Of a stretch of 32,897 nt of DNA, positions 21,305 through 32,897 are shown piece by piece. The notes below the pieces were generated by a model. It saw nothing but the letters and a program-made list of their open reading frames with translations. It was not told the DNA's origin and searched no databases. Within the stretch, counting starts at the first letter, position 1, and each line of letters starts with the position of its first letter. This DNA is from Octopus bimaculoides. Lineage: Eukaryota. The translations under genes were made by a program, and so were the position numbers. The stretch lies in NCBI RefSeq assembly GCF_001194135.2, contig NC_068981.1, positions 27,906,467-27,939,363 of the forward strand. Reading direction: 5' to 3'.

Positions 21305-22842
21305 AATATATAGATATATATATTGATATATGCATACATATATACATATATATACTTAAATATATACATATATATAGTTTTATTATTAAAAAAATTAGGA
21401 AGTATGTACATTATTTACATTATATATATATATATATATATATATACACGCACACACGCTCAAGCAAACACACATGCATATGCATAAAAAAAAGTAACAA
21501 AATAAAACCAACCAAGCAATAAAAATATGTTAAGATCTACAACGATCTAAAGTAAAACAATATATAAATGTATAAATCTATGCAAAAATAAAGAAATATG
21601 AAATCGATAAACAAATAAGTAAATAAAATAACGTTGTGTGCCTTAGACGGAAATGAATTCCGGAATGGGTTCTCGTTCAAAAAAAAATAAATAAATAAAT
21701 AAAATAAAAAAGATGGGTGTCAGTTGTGACGCTTCGACAGCTACTCGTTATTGCTACCAACTTCCATTTCGCCTACTCCTACTCCTACTCCTCCTCATCA
21801 TCATCATAATGATCATTATCAGCAGCTGATGCAGCAAGCAGGTGCAGCAGAAAATCTGTGGTAGCAGTAGTCACATGCACAGTAGCAAAGATCAGTTGCT
21901 CTATCTGGCAAAAGCAGTTGTCAACTGATGCAGCAATTGTTAGCTGCTGGTCATTCTGTCATGGCCTGGGAATGAACAAAGAGCTGAAGAGGGTTTGTGT
22001 ATGTTCCACAGAGATTTTTTTTAGCTATTTCTCTTTCTGTGTTTTTTTTTTCTTTTCTATTTCTTTTGTTGTTTTTATGTGATTTTTGCATGCTGACCAC
22101 AATGGATGTTCACGGTAAAACAAGCACATACAAAAAAGAACTCTTACAGACAAGTGTGTAAATAAATAAATGTTTGTGAGCGAGTGTGGGTATATAGGTG
22201 TATATATGTGTGTGTGCATGTTCATGTATACATATATGTATAAGTCTGTATTTATACCCATACGCGTATACTCAATCATACACACACACNNNNNNNNNNN
22301 NNNNNNNNNNNNNNNNNNNNNNNNNNNNNNNNNNNNNNNNNNNNNNNNNNNNNNNNNNNNNNNNNNNNNNNNNNNNNNNNNNNNNNNNNNNNNNNNNNNN
22401 NNNNNNNNNNNNNNNNNNNNNNNNNNNNNNNNNNNNNNNNNNNNNNNNNNNNNNNNNNNNNNNNNNNNNNNNNNNNNNNNNNNNNNNNNNNNNNNNNNNN
22501 NNNNNNNNNNNNNNNNNNNNNNNNNNNNNNNNNNNNNNNNNNNNNNNNNNNNNNNNNNNNNNNNNNNNNNNNNNNNNNNNNNNNNNNNNNNNNNNNNNNN
22601 NNNNNNNNNNNNNNNNNNNNNNNNNNNNNNNNNNNNNNNNNNNNNNNNNNNNNNNNNNNNNNNNNNNNNNNNNNNNNNNNNNNNNNNNNNNNNNNNNNNN
22701 NNNNNNNNNNNNNNNNNNNNNNNNNNNNNNNNNNNNNNNNNNNNNNNNNNNNNNNNNNNNNNNNNNNNNNNNNNNNNNNNNNTTTTTGTTTTTTGTTATT
22801 GTTTTGTTTAACTATATATATATATATAGGTATATATTTCAG

Positions 22843-23052
22843 TGTGTGTGTGTGTCCCCGCCTTCGCTTGAAAAAACGATGCCGGCGTGTTTATGTCCCA
22901 GTAACTTAGCCGATAGGCAAAAGAAACCGATAAAATAAGTACTAGGCTTACAAAGAATACGTCCTGGTATCGATTTCTTTGACTAAAACCCTTTAACGTC
23001 GTGCTTCAGTGCGGTCGCAGTCAAACGACTGAAACAAGTAAAAGAATAAAAT
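22843..23052 (+). mobile_element. SINE family B, 3' half
   Basis: gtgtttatgtcccagtaacttagc..aagtactaggcttacaaagaat..gcagtcaaacgactgaaacaagtaaaagaataaa; reverse-complement homologue of 27790-27980. Confidence 0.85.
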
Positions 23053-23093
23053 AATATATACGTGTGTGTGTCTGTGTGTGTGTGTGTGTGTGT

Positions 23094-23139
<46 letters not shown>

Positions 23140-23401
23140 AGACATATTACCAGAGAGACAGACGGACAGAGACAGCGACAGAAGTTAGTAAATATGGAAG
23201 AGAGTCGGAATGGGAAAGATAATCTGATTCAATCCTCCATTTAACTTACATTTACAAGGCATTGCAGCTAGCACTTCAGGCAGAAGTCACAACACTCTGC
23301 AGTTTATTTTCAGCTGACTGTGTCACAAGCCATTACAGTTTACACAACTTACAGGCAAAATCCTTTTCCGCTTATATATCTTAAAGTCGCAATTGAAGAC
23401 T

Positions 23402-23560
23402 TCATTTCAGCTTAAAGAGTTTACAATGAAACGTGAATGGTGGTTTTGTTGATACAATTGCAAGTCCTTCTTCCCAACGCAACAATATATTTTCAACTTC
23501 GAATAGATCTCTTCTTTCATCTCGTGTCATAGTGTCTTCAGGGCTTTGGATAAAATGCAT
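23402..23560 (-). CDS. Candidate terminal coding exon or short ORF (52 aa), unidentified
   Basis: MHFIQSPEDTMTRDERRDLFEVENILLRWEEGLAIVSTKPPFTFHCKLFKLK*; non-repetitive, protein-like composition; only a weak acceptor (taccag|a) upstream. No family recognised. Confidence 0.22.
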   Translation of the reverse strand: MHFIQSPEDTMTRDERRDLFEVENILLRWEEGLAIVSTKPPFTFHCKLFKLK

Positions 23561-24255
23561 TCTGGTATATATGTATCAGATATATATGGTGTATATATGT
23601 ATCAACAAGATGAGTGTCCGATGATATATATGCTCTCACAGGTTTTGCATTGTTTCTATAGCCAATTTCTCTACAATATTTCTTTCCCAGCTCTAAGTTT
23701 ATGGATAAGGGCAGCGTAGATAATTAATATAAGCAACAGTCGTACACTAAATTTTACCAATGTTTGTTTTAAACCGACACACAAAGATGAAAATTGCCAA
23801 GACCATGAGTTAGCCGCTATAAATTCGAACCAAAATATTTCGTAGTCGCTCGACCTGCTAGACTTAGCAGCCAAATCACTAAAAAATCAAACCCTATTGC
23901 CTTGAAAGCGAATGTACCTATCGAAAAATATTTTTATTCCTCTTGAGTTAGAGAGAGAAAAGCAAGCTGATGATCCTTTATCTTTTCTGGACCTACACGA
24001 TTGATATCAAGCAAAGAAAAAGTACCATCTGTCTGGAGATTTGGCACGAATGCTTGCAACGAATTGAACCCGGATAATAAAACCGAAGAAACGTGCGTTG
24101 ATATGAACCAAGACGTTGGAATGAGTCTAGCACCTAAAACTTCAAAATATAGAGAGCCGGACAAGACATATTTAGTCCGATGCTGCAACAGTTCTGCCGA
24201 TTCACTGCTGTGTCAAGGTAATTTATTTGTATTTCATTGGTCGTGGAGTATAGAC

Positions 24256-24469
24256 TCAAATGTTCGTATTGGAGATTCCGTTGCGAATGCCAAGCAGTAC
24301 AGCATGTTTCCAAATTTCTGGCAGAATAAATTGCGTCATGGTGCTGTTTTTCTCACATACGGTGCCCAACTCGACTTACTATATGTATAGTCGAGAAAAT
24401 CAAAAACAAACAATGTATATGCGCGAAAATTAAGAATATAAAATCGCGGCAATTACCCATTACACCCTT
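24256..24469 (-). mobile_element. Tc1/mariner-superfamily transposon, 5' fragment (TIR, 5' UTR, transposase N-terminus)
   Basis: The minus end reads TA|(A)AGGGTGTAATGGGTAATTGCC, a CAGGGTG-type TIR with one substitution. ATG at 24339 opens MTQFILPEIWKHAVLLGIRNGISNTNI*, resembling the first HTH helices of Tc1/maT-type transposases. Truncated at about 24256. Confidence 0.7.
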
Positions 24470-24525
24470 TACATAAACATACACGCATACGCATATATTT
24501 ATGTGTATGACTGCGTGTGTATGTA

Positions 24526-24564
<39 letters not shown>

Positions 24565-24679
24565 TGTATGTGTATGTATGCATGTATGTGTAATTTAATT
24601 GATTATATCAACATTCTACATAAAATTATTGATATTTAGTCCAATATTACCGCCATTTCTTTATTATTATCAAACGGAC

Positions 24680-24830
24680 CACAGGGGTAGCAAGCTCTAA
24701 GATTCATTAACGTCGGAAAAAAATGCCAACATTCGTTCCAGCTCATAACGTTCTGAGTTCTAATAATCTGGCAGAAGTCAACATTGCAGTTCATTCTTTT
24801 AGGGTAAAGAAAATTTGCTACCTAGTTTTA
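24680..24830 (+). mobile_element. Degenerate SINE, family A, 5' part
   Basis: aaaatgcc..cattcg..taacgttctgagttc..gaagtcaacattgcagttcattcttttagggt. Confidence 0.6.
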
Positions 24831-25546
24831 ATTTACGACAAACAGTGAGAAATATTTACCACTCGTCTCTATGAAGGATTCTTGCTATATATCGACAGAA
24901 GAATTTTAAAATATATATCCATATCTAGCGCGAGATTACTCTTATCTGCTTAACTCTATCCAAACCGGACTCTTAAAACACCGGTTTGACGGACCGGTGT
25001 GTTATATGAAAATAAATCATAAAATAAATATATAATAAATTAAAGTTACTTTCATACGAACAGAAACACAGAATCATGGACACACAGACAAGCATATAGT
25101 AATTTCCTTGGTGCGCAGTCGGGTAGTAGTAAATGAACAAAATATCTCCAGGAGGATATTTAATACTTGACTATTCAACACATCACTTGCGTTTCATTTT
25201 CGTCTCCCCCACTTTATTTCATTTTTATTTTAATTTTATTTTAATTTTTACTTTTTTTTTCTCTCTTCTGATTGAAGAATGACGTGCTGACAGGTCTGAC
25301 ACCTTTGCAAACGAGTAGAAGGGGCGGACAAGAGTAATGTGAGTTACTTGGCCATGCAATTCGCGAAAGAGCTAGCTTGAAGGCCACCACAGGGAGGACT
25401 TGTGCGCGACTTGGTGTTCTTTTGATGAACACCGTCAGGGGTGGTCGGAGCGAACAACAGCAAAAACAACAATAACAACAAAACATCCAGTATAGTTACT
25501 GGCAAAAAGAGATACAGACGTATCGTATCACGAATACATACATACC

Positions 25547-25589
<43 letters not shown>

Positions 25590-27313
25590 GCACATACAAA
25601 TACGCACACACAAACTGATGGTCAGTTTTTTTTCTCCATCACATGATGGATTTCACACAAATGCGCACGTTAACATACTCTCATTCTCTTTCTTACATAT
25701 ACGAACGGTCAAATATACTCTCATACAGTCACGTAAACAGACGGTCACGCACAAGGACATAGACGCAAACTGTCTCAATCTTTCATGTACCAACGTACAA
25801 GCAAACGCATACACAAAATAGCACATACAAATATACACAAATATACACAAGCATGAGCAAACCCATATACACACCCTATCATGTGTCTACGACTACAGTC
25901 GCAGCTATATAGAAACCCATACACAATTATATTCACATACAATAATGAGGACATACGCGAACATATAAAAACACAGGCACACATACAATATAAAGACACT
26001 TGCATGCACGTAAGGTCAGATGCATTCACAGACACAAGTGTATAGGACTATCTACGATTTTACAGAGAATTATATAGATATGAGCAAAGGCATACAGGCA
26101 TAAACACACGCATGAACACACGCACTCGCTTTCATTTAAGCGAACTCATCTACATACATGAGAGTATAGCTTTGCGTACCTAAGACTACCACACGGGTTG
26201 TGAATATGTGTATAATTGTGTTATTATCTCCCTTGCTCAAGACTATACTTTTATGTATGTAGATATGTTTGCTTATATGAATGCGTGTGCGCTGTTTCTA
26301 TATGCGTGTTTGTATGTCTGTGTGTACACACATACACAGACACACACATATACACACATAAAAACATATACACAAATCTACATTTGTATAATTTACATAT
26401 GTTCATAAACTCACATGTATATCTGTGTGCATGTAATATCTTTACACATATGTATATATACATATACATATACATGTGTTTGTATATACACGCGCACACA
26501 CACATACGCGCACGCACCCTCATACACACACACACATACATACATACATACATACATACATACATACATACATACATACATACATACATGCATACATAAA
26601 AACACACATTCATATACATTCGTATATACATACACATACAGCTACACACATATATACAAACACGCATAAAGATTAAAGCCACTGAAATTGAGAAATATGA
26701 GATTACAAGTAACGGAAATAAGGCAAAGATGACGACTGTGTTGATGAAACTTTGTTAGGTGGTGATGGGTGGTGATGGGTGGCGAGGGGTCCTTTTCTCT
26801 AAAAACTCGTGTAAGCCATTCCCTCTTCAAACTTCTTTTCTTTCGAAATTGGTTTGGATTTTGCTTGTCCAGCTGTTGAGCCGTGTATACCACCAACTTG
26901 TAGAATGGACAAACAATATTGTTTTATTCTATTTCATCGTCTCTGTTCTTTTCTTTCTATCTTTCCTTTGAGGCACTCCATTTTATTTATTATCATTAGT
27001 TTTTTTGTTTTTTTTTGTTTCTATTCTATATATTTCTGTATTTATTTGTTTATTTATTTGTTTATTTTGTTTGTTCATATGTCTAGATAGAACGGTCTAG
27101 CAGGTGTACACACACACACACACACAAACACACACAAACACACACAAACACACACGTAGACACGCACACGCACACACACACATATATACTATATATATAC
27201 ACACACACATACATATACGCTCTCATACAAACATAAATACATGAGTATTTGTGTGTATATATGCGTATCTCTGTGTATTAGTATCTAGAAATTAGTACAT
27301 AGAAACAAATTTA

Positions 27314-27353
<40 letters not shown>

Positions 27354-27425
27354 CGCGTATATATGTATATACATATATATGTATGTATATATACATGTAT
27401 GTATGAGTGTGTGTGTGCGTGTGTG

Positions 27426-27464
<39 letters not shown>

Positions 27465-27789
27465 GTGTGTGTTGTAGTTGGCGCATTGGTAGACGCAATA
27501 ATTAGTTCTCTCTTTCTTTCTCATACTGTTATTTGTTTCTTGACGAAGGAATACAATCCGAATCGTTCATCTTCTCCTTTCACCCACATCTCTCGGCCTA
27601 AAGTTAATTGTGTTGAACTTGTATTTGATTTTTGTGGGCTTTGTTTTCCTTCCAGTAATCATGCTCGTATCCTTATCACTCACGTGGTTAATATCTGCCG
27701 AGTGGCACAAAATTAATTATTTCTTGATTACCTTTTGTTGATTACCTTTTGTAATTTCACTATGATATTTTTAATAGCACTGTATTATT

Positions 27790-28237
27790 CTTTTATTCTT
27801 TAATTTGTTTCAGTCATTTGACTGCGGCCATGCTGGAGCATCGCCTTTAGTCGAGCAAATCGACCCCAGAACTTATTCTGTGTAAGCTATTACATATTCC
27901 ATCGGTGTATTTTGCGGAACCGCCAAGTTACTGGGACATAAACACACCAGCATCAGTTGTCAAGCGATGGTGGGGGGACAAACACAGACATACAAACATA
28001 CACACACACACACATGCACATACAAACTCACACACTCACACACACACACACACACGCACGCACGCACACACACACATATACGACGGGCTTCTTTCAGTTC
28101 CCGACCACCAAATCCACTTACCAGGTTTTAAGCAGCTCAAGGCTATGGTAGAAGACACTTGCCCAAGGTACCACGTAGTGGGACTGAATCTGGGACAATG
28201 TGGTTGGTAAGCAACCTACTTACCACACAGCCATACC
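27790..28237 (-). mobile_element. Full-length tRNA-derived SINE, family B, with internal (GT)n
   Basis: Minus strand: ggtatggctgtgtggtaag (A box), gattcagtcccactacgtggtaccttgggcaagtgtcttct, internal (GT)n, 3' end gcagtcaaatgactgaaac..aaagaataaaag. Confidence 0.88.
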
Positions 28238-28741
28238 TTCATCTAACTTCAGATGTATGGTAAGTACAGGATTATCTAAGGAAAAGCTAACTGATCATTC
28301 TCATTCTACCTGTGGAATATGTTTATAATATGCGTGCTTGAGGGTATACGAATATGTCTGTATGTGTGTGTGTGCGTGTGTGTGACAGAGATAGGGAGAG
28401 TGTGTGTGTGTGTGTGTGTGTGTTGGTGTGCTTGTGTGTGTGTGTGTGTGTGCTTGTGTGTGTGTATGTGTGTGCACGAGTGTGTGAGTGACAGAGAGAA
28501 AGACAGAAGAAGAGAAAGCGTGTGTGTGTGTGTGTGTGTGTATGCATGAGATTTTGCGTGTGTGACAGAGAGAAAGAGAGAAGCAGAGAACGAATGTGTG
28601 TGTGTGTGTGTATATGCGTGTGTGCATGAGATTGTAAAGGCAAAGAAATGTGTGTGTATGTGTGTGTTTGTGTGTGTGTGTGGTTCTCACCTAGTAACAT
28701 ATAAATACTTCAAAAAACACTTACGGGAACTTTATAAATAT

Positions 28742-28888
28742 CTTATTTCTTTATTGCCTACAAGGGGCTAAACATAGAGGGGACAAACAAGGAGAGACAT
28801 AGGGATTAAGTCAATTATATCGACCTCAGTTCGTAACTGGTACTTAATTTATCGACCCCGAAAGGATGAAAGGCGAGGCAAAACCTTA
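28742..28888 (-). mobile_element. SINE 3' fragment with the family A central domain and a different tail
   Basis: Reverse complement gives gcctttcatcctttcggggtcgataaattaagtaccagtt followed by ..tttagccccttgtaggcaataaagaaataag. Confidence 0.8.
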
Positions 28889-28989
28889 AAGGTTATATCA
28901 GCTACAGAGGAAGAATGAAATGCAAAATCGATTTCAGCAGAATTTCGGAATATGACAAGGTATGACAAGGATTTAACTAATCATATAAA

Positions 28990-29277
28990 CAGAATGCATG
29001 TGGTTTAGTGGTTCGTGTATTCGGCTCACAATCGTAAGGTCGTGAGTTCGACTCCCGGTAGCGCATTTTTGTCTTTGACCAAGACGATTTATTTCACGTT
29101 AGCCCAGTTCATTCAGCTGGCAAAAATGAGTAGTACAAAGGGTCAGCCTTGTCACATCCTCTATCACGCTGAATCTCCCTGAGATCTACGTGAAGGGTAC
29201 GCGTGTCTGTAGAGTGCTCAACCACACGAGCAGGATGTTCCGTTGATCGGCTAAACTGAAACTCTCGCTGTTGTAAC
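28990..29277 (+). mobile_element. tRNA-derived SINE, family C
   Basis: A box TGGTTTAGTGG (29001-11), B box GAGTTCGACTCC (29044-55), then cagttcattcagctggcaaaaatgagt and a unique tail. Confidence 0.8.
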
Positions 29278-29570
29278 AATCAGCTGGTTTGTAGACAGAA
29301 CATTCTATCAGACCCCCTACGAGTTCTGTTAATTCAGTTCTCGTCTTGATAGAAATTTCATGGAAATATTTACAATAATGTAAGCTTGTATTTGTTTCTG
29401 TAAAGACTCAATTCAGATCTGGTTGAGTAAACCAAAGCTTAAATCTATTCCATTTACGAAGGTAATGTGTTCTTATATCGGTAATGAATTACATTATCTA
29501 TCTTATTTGCATTATAATATCTCTTTAATAACTAAATGGTATAATTTGAAAGAACATATTTAGCTGTTCG

Positions 29571-29815
29571 AGGTATCTGGCTAAGTGGTAAGGGTGATGG
29601 ACTTGTGATAGTAAAAAAGTAGTTTCGATTCTGTCACTTAGGGATGCGATGTGTTCGTGAGCAAAATACTTCACTTGACGTTGCTTCAGTCCCCTCAGCT
29701 AGCAAAAAGGAGTTATCCTGCAACGGCTCAGCGTCTTATGCAGGATGGATAGATATATGCGCCACGAAAACCGAGTAACTGGTACTATGAGTCTATGGGA
29801 TACGGGATGACCGTT
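29571..29815 (+). mobile_element. Degenerate tRNA-derived SINE
   Basis: A box TGGCTAAGTGG, B-box-like GTTTCGATTC, and central gagcaaaatacttcac..gttgcttcagtcccctcagct shared with 28990-29277. Confidence 0.7.
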
Positions 29816-29984
29816 AGCTCATCTTGTCATTTGCTCACCATGTCTATAAAGGACTGAAAATAACTAAGTGAAATACCTTCAATATTTTAGTATTTTAGTA
29901 TTTCATATTTACGTTTCGACTCCAAATACCAACTTCACATTTCATCCATTTACGTCGATAAATAAACAAAGATATTCTCTGCGT

Positions 29985-30086
<102 letters not shown>

Positions 30087-30469
30087 CATTATGTCTAAGA
30101 TATCTAAAATCTGAACTTTCTAAGGATTTTATGTGAAGAATCTTAGCAACACACTCGTTATGTGTTTTATGAACAGCGCTGAATTAACCCTTAAGCAGTA
30201 CAAGCAAACGCTTAGGACAGCAAGAGGAGGCTGGGCACTATACATATGGTTAATTGCTTACGACACAAAAGAAATCACTTTAAACTTGCTAAAACAATAA
30301 TCCATATGCCTGATCTCTAGTAAGTATAGAAAGAGATATGTTACGTAAGATTGATTTCCAGGATCTGATCAAAGACTTTGAAACTGAATAAAGTGGGTGT
30401 AAACGTTTCAAATATAACAAATAAAGAGAAAGTATACAAAAATGAGCATCGTATTGTTATTTGTATATA

Positions 30470-31371
30470 CGAGGTGGTTTCAAAAGGATTCCGCACTAAT
30501 TCTGTAGCGCGCTAACAGATAGCAGCATATGGTTGCGTGTGCACAGTGAGAGCTAGCAGTGACCTTCATAAAGCAGTGAGCCCAGTGTCATCGTTATGTT
30601 TACTTCGCAAGCTGTGAAATTTGTATTTTTGTAATCACGTCTTTGCTGTGTTCTGTGATTTTGTCATGGACAGGAACAAAAAGTCAACGTGAAATTTTGC
30701 GTTAAACTTGGGACATCTGCTGCAGAGACATCGAGCATGTTTTGATAATCTTACGGTGACGAAGCAATGAGTCGTACGTAATGTTTTGAGTGGCCCGGGA
30801 GCTTGAAAAGTCGAAGAACGTCTCTGGAAGTTGAGAGATGCTATGAAAGACCTGCCAGGAGCGTTATTCCCGGAAATGTGGTATTGTGCATCGAGAATTT
30901 ATCCCCCAGGAGCAGACCGTCAATCGAGAGCTCTACTGCAATGGTTTGAAGTGTCTGAGGGAGGACATTCGGTGAAAGTGACCAGATTTGTGGAACTCGA
31001 TGAATTGGCTTCTACACCGAGCTCTTCTCACTTGTGATTTTGTCACCCAAAACATAGCATCGCCTCTGTACCCACCCTGTTTGCCAGATTTAGCATCTAC
31101 AGACTTCCGTCTCTGCTTCAAGAGGAAAATGTTGCTCAAATGCCGCTGTTTTAACACCGTAGTCGAAATCAAGAGCGAATCGCAGAAGGCTCTCAACCCA
31201 CTTACGGAAAACACCTACTAGGCCGGATTCTAAAAGTGGCAGGAACGCTGGAACCGGAGTATTGCTGCGCAAGATGATTATTTCGAAGGACATATTGTTA
31301 AAACTTTGGTAAATTAAAATTTTCTTTTTCATTAAGCATAACTATTTCTGGAACCTTTTGATACCACCTCG
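30470..31371 (+). mobile_element. mariner (DD34D-type) transposon, internally deleted, both TIRs present
   Basis: TIRs CGAGGTGGTTTCAAAAGGATTCC and reverse complement CGAGGTGGTATCAAAAGGTTCC; TA flanks at 30468-69 and 31372-73. Decayed transposase: NVKFCVKLGTSAAETSSMF..YGDEAMSRT*CFEW..; GIVHREFIPQEQTVNRELY..; YPPCLPDLASTDF..KWQERWNRSIAAQDDYFEG. Confidence 0.93.
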
Positions 31372-31776
31372 TATATAAACATCGATTTTTTAAAAACCAA
31401 TAAAGATTTCATCTACTTTTTTTTTATATATATATATATATAAATCATTGTATATACTATATGCATACGTGTGTGTGAGTATATACTTGTTTGTGCTGGT
31501 ATCTATAAATGACTGTCACTTGCGTATTGTACAATTAAAAACAGAGTACACAATAACATTTCCTTCTGATACAGTTCAATAAATATTAGTAACTGCTAGA
31601 CATATCAATCACACGATCCTTCATTTTGTGGTACATATATATGAGTTGAATATAGGTGAAATTTTGGTTTGTCGGAATATTACAGTTCGTATTAATTCTA
31701 ATTTTCTGATGTACACACTCGCGTACACGAACGCACACATATCTGTGCGATAATTGTGAGTTGCATGCGTGTGCAT

Positions 31777-31817
<41 letters not shown>

Positions 31818-31924
31818 TACGTACATACATACTTACGTACATACATACATATATGAGAAAAGAAGTGTGTGTGAGTGTATCTGTACACGAAAATTCTTTT
31901 TTTTTCTTTTTTTCTACGCCCTTT

Positions 31925-32220
31925 TAAAGCTTAGCCAGGCTCATGGGCCCGGTTTCCTGGTTTCTATGGCGTATGTGTTCCCCACACCAGCTGGACGGAA
32001 CGCCAGTCCATCGCAGCGTTACTCGAGAAATAGGAAGAAAGAGCGAGAGAAAGTTGGGACGAAAGGGTATAACAGGGGTCGCCACCACCCCCTGCCGGAG
32101 CCTCATGGAGCTTTAGGTGTTTTCGCTCAATAAACACACACAACGCCCAGTCTAGGAATCGAAACCGCGATCCTCCGACCGCGAGTCCGATGCCCTAACC
32201 ACTGGGCCATTGCGCCTCCA
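31925..32220 (-). mobile_element. Well-preserved tRNA-derived SINE, family D
   Basis: Minus strand: A box TGGCCCAGTGG (32209-32199), B box GGTTTCGATTCC (32166-32155), 3' part gcgatggactggcgttccgtccag..gccatagaaaccaggaaaccgggcccatgagcc. High CpG retention suggests a young copy. Confidence 0.88.
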
Positions 32221-32848
32221 CACACGAAAATTAGCAAACCAAAAATTCGAAATCACAGTCATACCTCTTGTAAAGGCTTAATAAAGATTTACTTTACTAA
32301 TAGCTATGAATACGTCTTCTATAACTTTCAATGAAAACTAATATTTATAAATATGTATGCGTGTACATATGTTAGTATATACATACAAACATTCATACAT
32401 ACATACATAAATACATGAATACGTGGATGCATGCGTATATACATACATACATATAAGAGTTCATATCATATCAGATTTGCTAATCAATAGTGTAAACGGT
32501 TACATATTTCCTTCCAGCCGGTCAATTATTTGTGCACCGCATTTCTGACATCCTGACTTACAAAGGAGTATATGAAACGCGATGCAGAAAAATAAATGAC
32601 GCAAAGTGTTGTATTCTAAGATTGCAGACGATTTCATTTACATGCGGATATTTAGAAACTTCGCCGAAATACTCACACTCATAATTATTGAAAACTGAGT
32701 AGTATCAGTTGGATAAATAGTGCATGAGGATTAGATAACCAGTGCCAAAGTAAATAACGGCTGTACTGTTTTACATCGGTTACAATGGAAATAATTTAAG
32801 TGTTGACTAAACAATTATGTTTGCGAATATATACACAAGTACATATAC

Positions 32849-32897
<49 letters not shown>

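Noticed and set aside
23512-23541. Minus-strand CTGAAGA...GAAA (and plus-strand CTGAAGA at 7939)
   Set aside because: The intervening sequence cannot form a proper stem II; chance core matches.
24001-24390. 129-aa ORF as a single gene
   Set aside because: The last ~45 codons are the antisense of a Tc1/mariner 5' fragment, so the ORF is a chimera; only 23974-24217 is kept as a weak candidate.
26642-26896. 84-aa minus-strand ORF (VVYTAQQLDKQNPNQFRKKRSLKREW..)
   Set aside because: No convincing donor, runs into microsatellite, no homology recognised.
28995-29065. A and B boxes as a tRNA gene (also 32150-32220 and 29575-29635)
   Set aside because: No complete cloverleaf with paired acceptor stem; each continues into a SINE body and tail.
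30183-30195. TTAACCCTT as a piggyBac terminus
   Set aside because: No matching AGGGTTAA second end found in the window.

Overview
AT-rich, microsatellite-dense eukaryotic intergenic or intronic DNA from a draft assembly, with 10 N-gaps totalling about 3.4 kb. The repeat families resemble those of coleoid cephalopods, probably Octopus; this is an inference from recognised SINE and Tc1 sequences, not a search result. No complete protein-coding gene, rRNA, tRNA or CRISPR array is supported. The window is mostly mobile-element relics: two tandem 5'-truncated R4/Dong (RLE) non-LTR retrotransposons nested in (TAA)n tracts; a Penelope-like element relic with a decayed GIY-YIG endonuclease followed by a type I hammerhead ribozyme motif; a second isolated hammerhead motif at 2.5 kb; a 671-bp non-autonomous DNA transposon with perfect 28-bp TIRs, an 8-bp TSD and internal telomeric (TTAGGG)5; a ~920-bp foldback element; an internally deleted mariner with both TIRs; a 121-bp Tc1/mariner MITE; a Tc1 5' fragment; and about 15 tRNA-derived SINE copies or fragments. 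A few weak exon, enhancer and pre-miRNA candidates lie in unique sequence. Almost all supplied ORFs are microsatellite, N-gap or antisense artefacts.
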